DNA from: Craspedostauros australis
Taxonomy: Eukaryota
Direction of reading: 5' to 3'
Length of the DNA: 29,148 nucleotides
NCBI GenBank assembly: GCA_030167865.1
Contig: JALAGF010003405.1
Coordinates: 62,001-91,148 of the forward strand
The position numbers and the translations under genes were made by a program. The notes under the pieces were generated by a model. That model ran no database searches and was not told where the DNA came from. It saw only the letters and a list, made by a program, of their open reading frames with translations. Shown piece after piece: positions 11,179 through 20,424 of the stretch (positions are counted from its first letter, which is position 1; each line of letters begins with the position of its first letter).

Positions 11179-12846
11179 TGTCGCTCTTCTTGCCTTCTTG
11201 TCGTGCTTGCTGCGTTCCTTGTTGCGATTGTGGTGGCTGGGGAGAGCCTCCCAGATGTGCTGACCTGTCTACGACCTATTGGTACTCACGCACATGCGTC
11301 CATGTACGCGCACGTACGCGTATGTTCATACAGTACGGTACAGTGCGGCACGAGCACGAACTCCGAGTATGTATGGGACGTTACTCGCGCGGCCTCGCTC
11401 TGCTTGGCTGGGGGCACCAGTACCGCAAACTACGAATGGTACAATAGTTCGTGGGAGGAACACAGGAACAGAAAAGGCAAGGAAGGAGAGGGACGGTGCA
11501 GGGAGTGAAACGCTCTTTGCTTGTCCTCTCTCTGTCTTCTGCGATGGATTGTGTCGCGCGGTGGAGACGGCGACACACACACATAGACCGCGTTCTTCCC
11601 CATGATTTTCTCAACAAAAACAGGCAGTGTACCACAGCACACCGAGAAATACGAGCGTCCAGTTCTGCTTTTGTTGAACCAAGACGACACAACACACGCA
11701 GCACTCGCTGGCGCACCATGTCACGTCACGTCACGGATTAATGGGACCGCGACAACAGAGTGTGCCAATACAATTATGACATCGCGATAGATCTTGGAAA
11801 CTCGGCGACGCTCTCTGTCGCATGATAATTTATGGCAAAATGACTGTCGCGGAAGGCGCAATTCTCCAGTGATGCCCCAAGAGTCGGCCACGCCTCGACT
11901 TGCTCGCGTGCTGCGAACCATGACGGTGCTCTGGCCCATGACGAGTCCGAGGCAGTTCGCGTCTTGTTTGCAAAGAAACCTCCTCACAAATGTCACGGTT
12001 AGATGAGTGTCTTGGTGAGGAATAGGCCCCCCAAGTTGGGCGGAGACATTTGCGTCGGACATCCTTGTCAACAACTAGTCGGAAGTAGGTTGTGAACCCC
12101 TGGCGCGGAAGGAGGGCAGCGTTGCTCTCGTTGCTCCGTTCCCGATGCCGTTCGTCTTCCGTATCCAAGAAGCAAGAGGTGTGCCTCGAGTTCGTGCTAT
12201 TGATCGGTGAGCGAGAATTGGAGGAGGAGTGCGACAACAGTCCAACCACATGGGGAGCATCGTCTTGTGATCTCCAAGTGCACAAAGATTCTACTCGTAG
12301 TCGTATCCCGAAGACAAGAGTCCACAACTCCCACCATACCAGGCATAGACGAACCATACTGGTACAACTGAGAGTATCCGCAGAGAGAGAGAGAGAGAGA
12401 GATGTGAAGTCTGATCAGAGCTACGAACTCACCGAGCGCTCATGCACAGAGGCAAGTGGAAACAAGACATCCCACCCATGCAAACATCGTGATGTTGGAT
12501 GCAGGGTCACAGGGATGGAAAAGTGCTTCTGCGTGTCCATGAATGGAGATGTCTCACCTCTCTCGAACCCAGAATGTGGACACGTCGGCTTGTCCATTCT
12601 TTCGTCATGCCATCCGCGTCTGTCCGTCGCTACGGGAAAACGCCGCCCGGTTCTGGCGAATTGCTTCGCGCCTCCATCCGTCATGACATTCGCGGCTGCG
12701 TCCCCCACCCACAGGCGCTGCCTCCGCATGATGCCGCCACCAATCATTGCCCAATGATCGCGGCGCCAAAACGGAGAGAGTCAATGTCCTCCTCTCTGTG
12801 AGTGGACGGAGAGGGAACTGACACAACAACAACGAAGGCAGAGAAG

Positions 12847-13830
12847 ATGCTTGTGCCACTGCAACAGAAGCGGAACCTCATCACGTGCATGTATGCAACA
12901 ACAATAGCAACAACAATAGCAACAGCAGGAAGAAGAAGGAGGAGTTCGATCAACTGCGTCGCTTGCTTCGTCGCAATTGTAGCCGCGATCATCACCGCTC
13001 CCGCCTGCGTCCACGGTCTGCTGCCCTTGCGTTGCCTTCCAGCGCAGGTTCGATTCTCCGCGCTTTCTCGTGCGAGTACAGGTTTTGTGACAGCATCTGA
13101 CGCCAAGCCGCGTTGGACAACCGCAGTGGCGATGTCCACAACAGCAGGCGATGATCCCCTGACCAGCAGCGGACTGCCGGGTCCGTTGATCTTGGGATCG
13201 GCGTCGTTCACGCGCAAGCTCATCCTCAAGGAGATGGGGGTGCCATTCCAGATCATCAAACGTCCCATCGATGAGAAGGCGCTGGGCGATCGTTGCCAGG
13301 ATGCGCCGATGGATCTCGTGCTCACTCTGGCCAAGGCCAAGATGGATCATCTCATTTCCGAAATCCAGGCCGGCAATTGCGAGAAGGAGCTGCCGGATGG
13401 CGTTCCATCCTCGGCTGTCGTGCTCACCGGGGATCAGGTCGTGACGTGCGATGGCAAGATCCTGGAGAAGCCGGAAACTGTGGAGGAGGCCAAGCAATTC
13501 GTGTCATCGTACGGCAAGCATCCTCCGTCGACGGTGGGATCCTGCGTGCTGCACCATATCCCAAGCGGCATCCAGGTGTCAGGTGTGGATACGGCGACGA
13601 TACATTTCGTCGAGGCCATTCCGGAGGATTTGATCGATCGGTTGCTGAAGGAGGACGAGCCCATTCTGTCGTGCGCTGGCGGTTTGATGGTGGAGCATCC
13701 TTTCGTCAAGGAGCACATCGTGTCTATCGATGGAACGGAGGACAGCGTCATGGGCCTCAGCAAGGACTTGGTGCTCAAGTTGTTCGCAGACCTCAGGCAG
13801 AAGCTAGATGCGCAGGAGGAGGCTTCATGA
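12847..13830 (+). CDS. Maf family nucleoside-triphosphate pyrophosphatase, YceF (m7GTP)-like, with N-terminal extension; ATG candidates 12847 and 12889
   Basis: LILGSASFTRKLIL, IDEK, LAKAK, VLTGDQVV.CDGKILEKP, SCAGGLMVE and DSVMGL are Maf signature motifs. The DQ and CAG..(x)E residues are YceF-type rather than YhdE-type. A hydrophobic stretch CVACFVAIVAAIITAPACVHG precedes the domain. Confidence 0.9.
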   Translation: MLVPLQQKRNLITCMYATTIATTIATAGRRRRSSINCVACFVAIVAAIITAPACVHGLLPLRCLPAQVRFSALSRASTGFVTASDAKPRWTTAVAMSTTAGDDPLTSSGLPGPLILGSASFTRKLILKEMGVPFQIIKRPIDEKALGDRCQDAPMDLVLTLAKAKMDHLISEIQAGNCEKELPDGVPSSAVVLTGDQVVTCDGKILEKPETVEEAKQFVSSYGKHPPSTVGSCVLHHIPSGIQVSGVDTATIHFVEAIPEDLIDRLLKEDEPILSCAGGLMVEHPFVKEHIVSIDGTEDSVMGLSKDLVLKLFADLRQKLDAQEEAS

Positions 13831-14239
13831 CTGGTGACACGTCCACGCAATATGGCACATGAATGAATTCATAGAGGTATTTTTCGAATGATTCTATGAA
13901 TCGACGCATGGATCGACATGTGGATGGATACATGGACGGATGGAGGAATGGCCACTCGCATTCGTTTTTGTTGGTTATCTGTCAGATCCTTGAGAATACG
14001 CTACGTGTACGAACATGATGCTGTCATCTCAAGTTGTTTGGTTGTTTGGCCATCGTTTCTGCATCTTTCAGCACAGATCGCGTCTCGATCGTCCCTGCGC
14101 CTGGGTTTCGCAGCTGCTGTTGTAGACCTGCAACGGCGCGCAATTGCATCATCGTATAGAGAACTGGCGTACTATACGAGTACTCGTATGCATTATATAA
14201 TATTGTGTAACGGATACTAGTACTCGCAGAGTGGTCCAG

Positions 14240-14860
14240 CTACTCTATGAGGAGCCGGGATGGTCCCTGGTTGATCATCACTCCAAAGTCCTCTAGCAAT
14301 GCACGCGCCAAGTCGTCGCTAATCACAGCACGTTGTACTGCACGCGCCTTCAGGGCAGGGTCCGTCATCGTGCGCAAGTGCTGTTGCAACTTGGCGGTGC
14401 AGTCTGCAGCATTGCGAGGGCGGCCGCTACAGCGTTCGTCTCTGGACGAGTGCCCTCCGAGCATGTCTGTTGTAAAGTGTGCTCGAGTCGCGGTGAGGAT
14501 TCATCTTGCAGAGAGTAGAGTCCAGCATGCTCTGAGGTGGCTGCGGGCAAGGCGTGCCTGGGCATGGAGGGAGGTACCGCCTTCTCCCGAAACCAAATGA
14601 GGCATTCGTCTTTGCATGGCCTCACCCCGTGCCACCATCTCATCCACCTCCAGGTCGTCGATGTGCACCATGGATCGCATCTGGGATTGTGCCTACACCT
14701 TGGCCTTCTTCCTGGCGTTGCGCTTGGACCTGTGTGATGACTCCTGGTGGTTGCGTTACAATGGGGATGGGTTGGGGTTGCATCATTTCCAAACCACAGC
14801 GCTGCGCTGCCTGATGCAGCAGGGAAAGGAGTCGGAAGACATGTCGCGAACGAAGGCCGA
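14240..14860 (-). pseudogene. Possible decayed coding sequence of unknown family
   Basis: One minus frame reads protein-like (RSKRNARKKAKV*AQSQMRSMVHIDDLEVDEMV...SAR*ILTATRAHFTTDMLGG...ARALLEDFGV) with in-frame stops at 14783-85, 14756-58, 14693-95 and 14501-03. The opposite-strand shadow frame (14247-15023) is almost fully open, as it is for real genes in this window. Confidence 0.25.
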
Positions 14861-15269
14861 TGTGGATACTTGGGACTACGACCACAAGTGGAACCGAGAT
14901 GTCTGTTGTGTGGAGCACCACCACACGCCGTACTCGTGCGATCCCATGGTCAGCAGCACGGATGGGCAGCTGAGAGGGGTGGATGGTGTTGTGGAGACGA
15001 CGAAGGGGCGGTGTACGCCATGAGAATCATTCGTATTCCGACGAGAACATGGATCTTGTGTCCTCCTCCAGATCTTCTGAGAATTGGTCCGCGAGAGTTC
15101 GGACGAAGACGAATGTCAGCCCAAATATTGAAGCGAAAGTGGTGTCAAGTGATGGTGAAAGGATCGTCTGAACGGATTATGACCGAAGTCTTTGTTTTTG
15201 TTTTGGGTGATCTCGTTTGTGTTTGCCTTTTCTTCGTTTCGCTGCTGTTTCGCTGCTTTGCTGCTGCTT

Positions 15270-15337
15270 TGGTCTGTGCGTGGTCTGTGCGTGGTCTGTG
15301 CGTGGTGTGCGCGTGGTGTGCGCGTGGTGTGCGCGTG
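15270..15337 (+). repeat. 11-bp minisatellite: (TGGTCTGTGCG)x3 then (TGGTGTGCGCG)x3
   Basis: Read directly from the sequence. Confidence 0.85.
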
Positions 15338-16094
15338 CCTTCGATCTTTGACACGTTCGGTTGCTGTTCTGCTTCCCTACCGGTTTGTGGTCGACCCGCT
15401 TGACCACTTCTCTTCGTTACCAAACGCGAAGCAGCCACCATGAACGGCCTCTCGGAGTTTCTTGGGTGGGGATGGGTGGGGCGAGCGCGACAAGCAAAGC
15501 CAGAGCTCTTGCAACACCTGCAGACCTATCGTTCTCATGTTAGATCACGCCAACTCTGAAGCGTCAGAATAATGTAACATAATAGAATACTACTCTGCTC
15601 ATTGCGCTACTTGAGATCATCACGTTCAGCATCCATGATGTTCCGACAGGTCCCGACAGGCTCATCATTGCATCCCTTCATCGCGAGGTGGGGTGCACGT
15701 GGTAAGTCGGGTTGGATTGACCGTCGACGTTCATGTCTTCGGTCGCTGCTAAAGATGAAAGAACTGGAAATAAGGTGAGGTAAGGTAAGGCATGGTGCCA
15801 GTAGGCAAGGATTGGGACCAACATCGCGATCATCACCACTACCAATCCTCCACATGCTCTACTCAATCTTCAAGCATGCGTGCATTCAAAATGTGAAGGA
15901 CTGCTGCAAACGGGAGGCACCACGATGTTGGTGCGCTCGCACAACCGCGATGGTATGGGACGCCTGTGTCGTTTGCAGCGCTGCATTGGCCGCGTCTGTC
16001 TTCCACTACCACTTGCAAGCAAGCAATCTTGCAGGCCTGTTACAGGCCAAGTCAGCTTTGCTTCCGTTTCGATGCGATCGACTCGGGACGGTGC

Positions 16095-17342
16095 TTAGAG
16101 AGCCAGCATGGAGGTGGCGTCGAGGCCTTCCATGGCTCCCATGTCACAACCTTCGAAGTCGTTGAGGGCATCCAGGAGGAACTCGCCAAGTTCGCACTCG
16201 TCCAGTTCGGACGCCGTGTCCGATCCGGAAGTCTCCGAAACCGCCGGGGTGGCGGTCTCTTCCGCAGGGGCGTCGCGATGTCCAGCATCGTCGTCGCTCT
16301 CTTTGGCCCTGCCTTGGACATTGCTGTTCGATGCGGCCAGGCCGGTGTTTTGCGTCGGTAGATACAACACCTCGTGATCATCAGCACCAGTGATCTTCGC
16401 TGCTGGAAGGTTTTTGGTGAAATTAGTGGGTTTGACAGCGCCGCTGCGGACGTGCGTGATCGAGAGTGTCGATCAGCGTGCCGAGCATGTTCGGCATGAG
16501 CCAGATGCATCGTCGCTGGGACGATGAATCCGTCCATGCGTCTGCGCGTCAAGTGTACCCGAGAGTCGGAAATATGAGACTCAAGCTATAGGTCGATTGA
16601 TCATTTCCGTTATATGCTGATGGTGATTCGAGGTGAGATCGGGGACGCAACGACCGGCTGTCGGCATCGAAGAGTATGTCATGACAGGGGACGGGGGAGG
16701 GGACACGGTCTTGACGTGGAGGAGGCCGTTGGTGAGTTGCGTGGCGGATGGGGAAGCTGGGCGGTATCCCTGGGTGTTCATGGTGGTGGCGGCGGCTGTG
16801 GCACCAGCGGCAGAGGAGGCAGTCGCGGTGATGTTCAGGTTGGCGATGTCCTGACGCAGGTTCTTGGGTGTGAAGGAGTCGTTGGTGCTGCTGTTGGCTG
16901 CGGCGGCTTCGAGCTCCACAATGCGCTTGAGGGCGGCGGCGTACTTGGACTGGAGGACATCGACTTCGCCCTCCAGCTCCGTGACACGCTCTCGGTTGCG
17001 CTTGCGCGAGGCCGCGGCGCTCTCGCGATTGCGCACGCGTCGGGCCTCCTTGCGCCACTCGCGCAGCTCCTCGCGGGTCATCGGGACGCCTGGATGGTAC
17101 CTGGACTGCTTCTTGATCCCGGTGGGGTGCGGCTTGGGCATGGAGCCTGGTTCGCCTTCCGCCGAAGCGTCGTCATCGCTGTTGGTGCGGGAGCGCTTGG
17201 ACGACACCGATTCGGCGTCGAGGTCCAGGTCCGCGTCGGCTTCCGCATCGGAGTCCAGCTCGCGCTGTCTCTTGAGCTGCTGGATGCGGTGCTTGCGAGC
17301 CGCGGCCGCTTCCGCGGATGATGCGATGCTTTGTTGGGCCAT
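16095..17342 (-). CDS. bZIP transcription factor, HAC1/XBP1-like candidate: unspliced form 17342-16581 (253 aa); putative spliced form 17342-16586 + 16402-16095 (354 aa) with an acidic C-terminal tail
   Basis: Basic region and zipper: KKQSRYHPGVPMTREELREWRKEARRVRNRESAAASRKRNRERVTELEGEVDVLQSKYAAALKRIVELE. The downstream same-frame segment AKITGADDHEVLYLP...SELDECELGEFLLDALNDFEGCDMGAMEGLDATSMLAL* is acidic and hydrophobic. Confidence 0.88.
16403..16585 (-). other. Putative non-spliceosomal (IRE1-type) 183-nt intron in the bZIP mRNA
   Basis: Begins CTTGAG (no GT) and contains the TGA stop. It ends within the stem-loop CTTC-CAG|CAGC-GAAG. The flanking exons are complementary (CACCTCG/CGAGGTG, CATCAGCA/TGCTGATG, TGATC/GATCA). 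Removal restores the frame (ATA G|CA GCG AAG = I A A K). Confidence 0.65.
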
Positions 17343-17413
17343 CGTGGAGGCTGTGATGGGTGGAACCGATGGATGAGGGGGAAGGATTGCACTCGAAGAG
17401 CGGAGCAGTAGCG

Positions 17414-17446
17414 TTGGTTTGGTTTGGTTTGGTTTGGTTTGGTTTG
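17414..17446 (+). repeat. (TTGGT/GGTTT)n pentanucleotide microsatellite in the bZIP 5' region
   Basis: ttggtttggtttggtttggtttggtttggtttg, read directly. Confidence 0.85.
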
Positions 17447-17920
17447 TGATGGCTTGGGTTTGACAGAACAAGTCGAAGAGTTTTGTGAGCACTTTCAACA
17501 CGGAGGCTCCGAAAGGTATCCATTGCCCCCACACAGAACTGCACGCGCTTGCACACACCTGACAACGAAGAACTAACTACTCACGACAAACGGTAGCGCT
17601 GCAGAGAACAGCACGAAGCACAAAACACAAACCGCCCCCAACACGAAACCCAACAAAGAGACACGAACCAAATCGCACACACAAAAGCACGAGGACGGAA
17701 CAAAAGAGAAGCACCAACCACTCGGAATGGCACAGAAAAACCCCACGTTTCGGAAGCTGTCGCAATTCTTTGACACCAGATTCTGCGCTGGCGGCAAAAC
17801 ACGACTCCAACAACTCAGAACCGAAAAAAGGACACGCGGCAATTTTGGCAGTTGTATTCAAAGGAGTCGAATTGAGGCGGCGTCTGATGAGCGTCCGCCG
17901 AAGCGGTTGCAAATGAATCT

Positions 17921-17963
17921 GTTCCACGTTGAACCGTCAAACTGACGATTGGCTTCCACGTGG
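17921..17963. promoter_or_regulatory. Cluster of ACGT/TGACG bZIP-type sites in the shared divergent promoter
   Basis: TTCCACGT (17922), inverted half-CREs CGTCA-AAC-TGACG (17935-17947) and ATTGG-N3-CCACGTGG (17948-17963, G-box) within 43 bp. Confidence 0.4.
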
Positions 17964-18457
17964 TGTAGAAAATGTACCACGGTTTACGGCAGGTCGATTT
18001 CTCCCTATCGTTTCAAAAGATACGATCCTGACACTGCGCGAACATCAGTGTCGGTTGGAAGAAGGGAAGCCTACCGATGGGGATACAATGGACCAATCGC
18101 CACCTTGTTGGCGTCAACAGGGAAGACAAGAAGGAACGCTTTGACACACAAGGGGAAGCAACAACGAGGAACCAACACGGAAACAGAATGCGTTTTGTGA
18201 GGAACGGAACAAAAGAGTACCATCGATCGTGATGGCCACAAGACAAGGGCTTCTCCTCTCTTGTCGTCTTGTCGTCTTGTCCTCTTGTGTTCCGTTGTTC
18301 CGTTGTTCCATTGCTCCATTGTCGCCTCTCTTGGAGTCACTCTGCTCCATGCCCGAGAGTGTCGCCAGTGCATGTGAATGCGACCGTACGTGCAGTTGCA
18401 ACATCATCACCAACATCGACAACAACTGCAAGAAGAAGAAGAAGCAGAAGAACGACG

Positions 18458-19735
18458 ATGACTACTGGTACCACGGCGCCTGCTGCGAACAATGATCCTG
18501 CTGCGGCGAGGAGACGGAGGAAGGAGATCATCCAAGCGCAGAGATCGATGGAGGACGCTGCCGGTGAGGCCGGAGGTCGCAAGAAGCGAGGCAATGTAAC
18601 CCATTTCCAGCCAGGTTCATTGCTGGCTCCGAAATTGACGAAGGTGTTGGCGGAGACCGTCGCGAACAACGCGCAGCAGCCTCCAGTGGCAATAGCGACC
18701 GTTGCCAAGCAGGCGGGGCCGCCTCCGCCCGCAGCAGTCCTGCAGCCGATCCAACCGAAGGCACCCAGTGCGCCTGCTGTCGCACCGCCAGTTGGCAGCG
18801 TGATGGTTGCAGGTTCCGCGCCTGTCCAAGAAGCTGCTGTTGCAACCGCTCAGCCGGTCATCGAGCCATGCACGAGACCGATAACAGTGCCAATCGCAGT
18901 GGCGCAACCGGCAGCGCCACAGGTGGCTGCGGCACCAACAACGACGGCAGTGACGACAACGCCTGTGTTGGCAACGGCGGGAGCATGCGGTGTTGCGTCA
19001 CTGCCGGCGGGTGCAGCAGCTGCAGCGCATGCAGCACAGGCGATGCCTGCATCGCATTCGGTTGGATACGCCAATGTGGGAGCGAAGGTGGGAGCAACAG
19101 CAGCATCAACTGGCGCGCAAGCCGGCGTTCAGATGCAACCGCATGTCCATGTCCATGCATCCGCAGCAACCAACGCTGCAATCGCCGCACCGCCCACCGC
19201 AAACGCTCGAGGCGACGTAGCAACCGCGAAGACAGATGAGTCCAGGCCACCGAAGAAGCGCAAGATCGTGAATGCACCAGAAATGAATGACGAAGCTCCA
19301 GAACCTGTGGCCGCCGCTGTCGCCACTGCTGCTGTCGTGACCGAAATAGCAACCACGGCGGAAGCTGCGCTAGATATGGAGATGGTTCCTGGTGTGGGAG
19401 GCGATGAAGGATTTGCTGTGGGCCCGGGTGCAGCCGCTGGCGTGGCATCACGGACGGGTCCCAAGAAGACGCAGGTTCGGTACGATCCCGACGTGCCGAT
19501 GAACAAGGAGCAGCTGGCAGCCTGGAGGAGGGAGGCGCGCAGAGTGCGCAACAGGGAAAGTGCTGCGGCCAGCCGGCAAAGGATACGAGACAGAATATCG
19601 GAGCTTCAGGACGAGGCCGATGGCTGGAAGCTCAAGTACATTCAAGCCATGCAACGGCTGCAAGCTTTGGAGCGGGCCGTCGGCCAGGCTGACGATGGAA
19701 CGACGAATGCTTGTCAGCCGACTGGTCTGATATGA
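18458..19735 (+). CDS. bZIP transcription factor with long Ala/Pro/Thr-rich N-terminus and C-terminal bZIP (start ATG uncertain, 18458 or 18548)
   Basis: KKTQVRYDPDVPMNKEQLAAWRREARRVRNRESAAASRQRIRDRISELQDEADGWKLKY; NLS-like PPKKRK; paralogous to the minus-strand bZIP. Confidence 0.88.
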   Translation: MTTGTTAPAANNDPAAARRRRKEIIQAQRSMEDAAGEAGGRKKRGNVTHFQPGSLLAPKLTKVLAETVANNAQQPPVAIATVAKQAGPPPPAAVLQPIQPKAPSAPAVAPPVGSVMVAGSAPVQEAAVATAQPVIEPCTRPITVPIAVAQPAAPQVAAAPTTTAVTTTPVLATAGACGVASLPAGAAAAAHAAQAMPASHSVGYANVGAKVGATAASTGAQAGVQMQPHVHVHASAATNAAIAAPPTANARGDVATAKTDESRPPKKRKIVNAPEMNDEAPEPVAAAVATAAVVTEIATTAEAALDMEMVPGVGGDEGFAVGPGAAAGVASRTGPKKTQVRYDPDVPMNKEQLAAWRREARRVRNRESAAASRQRIRDRISELQDEADGWKLKYIQAMQRLQALERAVGQADDGTTNACQPTGLI

Positions 19736-20335
19736 GGAGCAACTCCGCTGTGATGTACGTACGATTCGCACAATGGATCGCATTCATCATCCATAGCATC
19801 ATCAGTATTATTCATAACGATGCTCCAACGCATGATGGGTCTTGTCAAGCAGACGTACTCGCAACCGACTATTGTAGGATGGTGGCACTTTAGACAGTGC
19901 GGGGAATACTATTTTTATTACACATGTTTAGGGACCGCTCTTTCTCCGGAGAGTGGCGCTATTGGTGAATCTGACTCTTTTGGGACGAAGAAAAGATGCT
20001 GTGTTGTGGCATAGGTCGTAGATCGGGGTGCATGTATCGTTGTCTGCTCAGACCCAACTCTTGTTGGTGGAAGGCGATGGAAAAGATGTGTCTCGGAAGA
20101 ATGGAGCAGACAGCGTGGACGGACACGGGAGGAGGAAGGACGGTTTTCGCTTCATCTCCAACCAACAACAAACCACGCACAAACCAACACACAGCACAAA
20201 CTAACACAAACCAAAACGAAGGAACAAAAGCACAACGCAAGAGCATTCAGCGCTCTCTCTCTTTTTCTCCGGAGCCTGCTGCGTGCATACCAATACTCCA
20301 CTCACGCTTCGCTCACATTTACACTCACAGTCACA

Positions 20336-20398
20336 GTTACATTTACATTTACATTTACATTTACATTTACATTTACGTTTACGTTTACTTTTACTTTT
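20336..20398 (+). repeat. Degenerating (TTTACA)n hexamer microsatellite just upstream of BUD20
   Basis: ttacatttacatttacatttacatttacatttacatttacgtttacgtttacttttactttt; explains the YIYIYI and CKCKCK artefact ORFs. Confidence 0.85.
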
Positions 20399-20424
20399 GC
20401 ACTCAGACCAAACATCCACCAACC

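Noticed and set aside
15270-15337. Tandem repeat as a CRISPR-like array
   Set aside because: No spacers, 11-bp units, eukaryotic context; a simple minisatellite.
16403-16583. Stop-codon readthrough as the way to reach the acidic bZIP tail (same frame)
   Set aside because: A second in-frame TGA (…GCA CGC TGA, ~16474-16476) lies in between, so two readthrough events would be needed.
16403-16670. Ordinary GT-AG intron using the CACTAAT branch-like site and CAG acceptor
   Set aside because: No good phase-1 GT donor near the ORF end (only a weak G|GTCGTT). It would also not explain the hairpins and exon-exon pairing. Not fully excluded; kept as the main alternative.
19709-19727. CAG|CCG in a small stem near the end of the plus-strand bZIP as a second IRE1 site
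   Set aside because: The stem is weak with a 6-nt loop, the phase differs, and I found no downstream partner loop or coding tail.
19996-20424. N-terminal extension of the BUD20 ORF
   Set aside because: Runs through a microsatellite (YIYIYI). The family-like sequence starts at ATG 20425.
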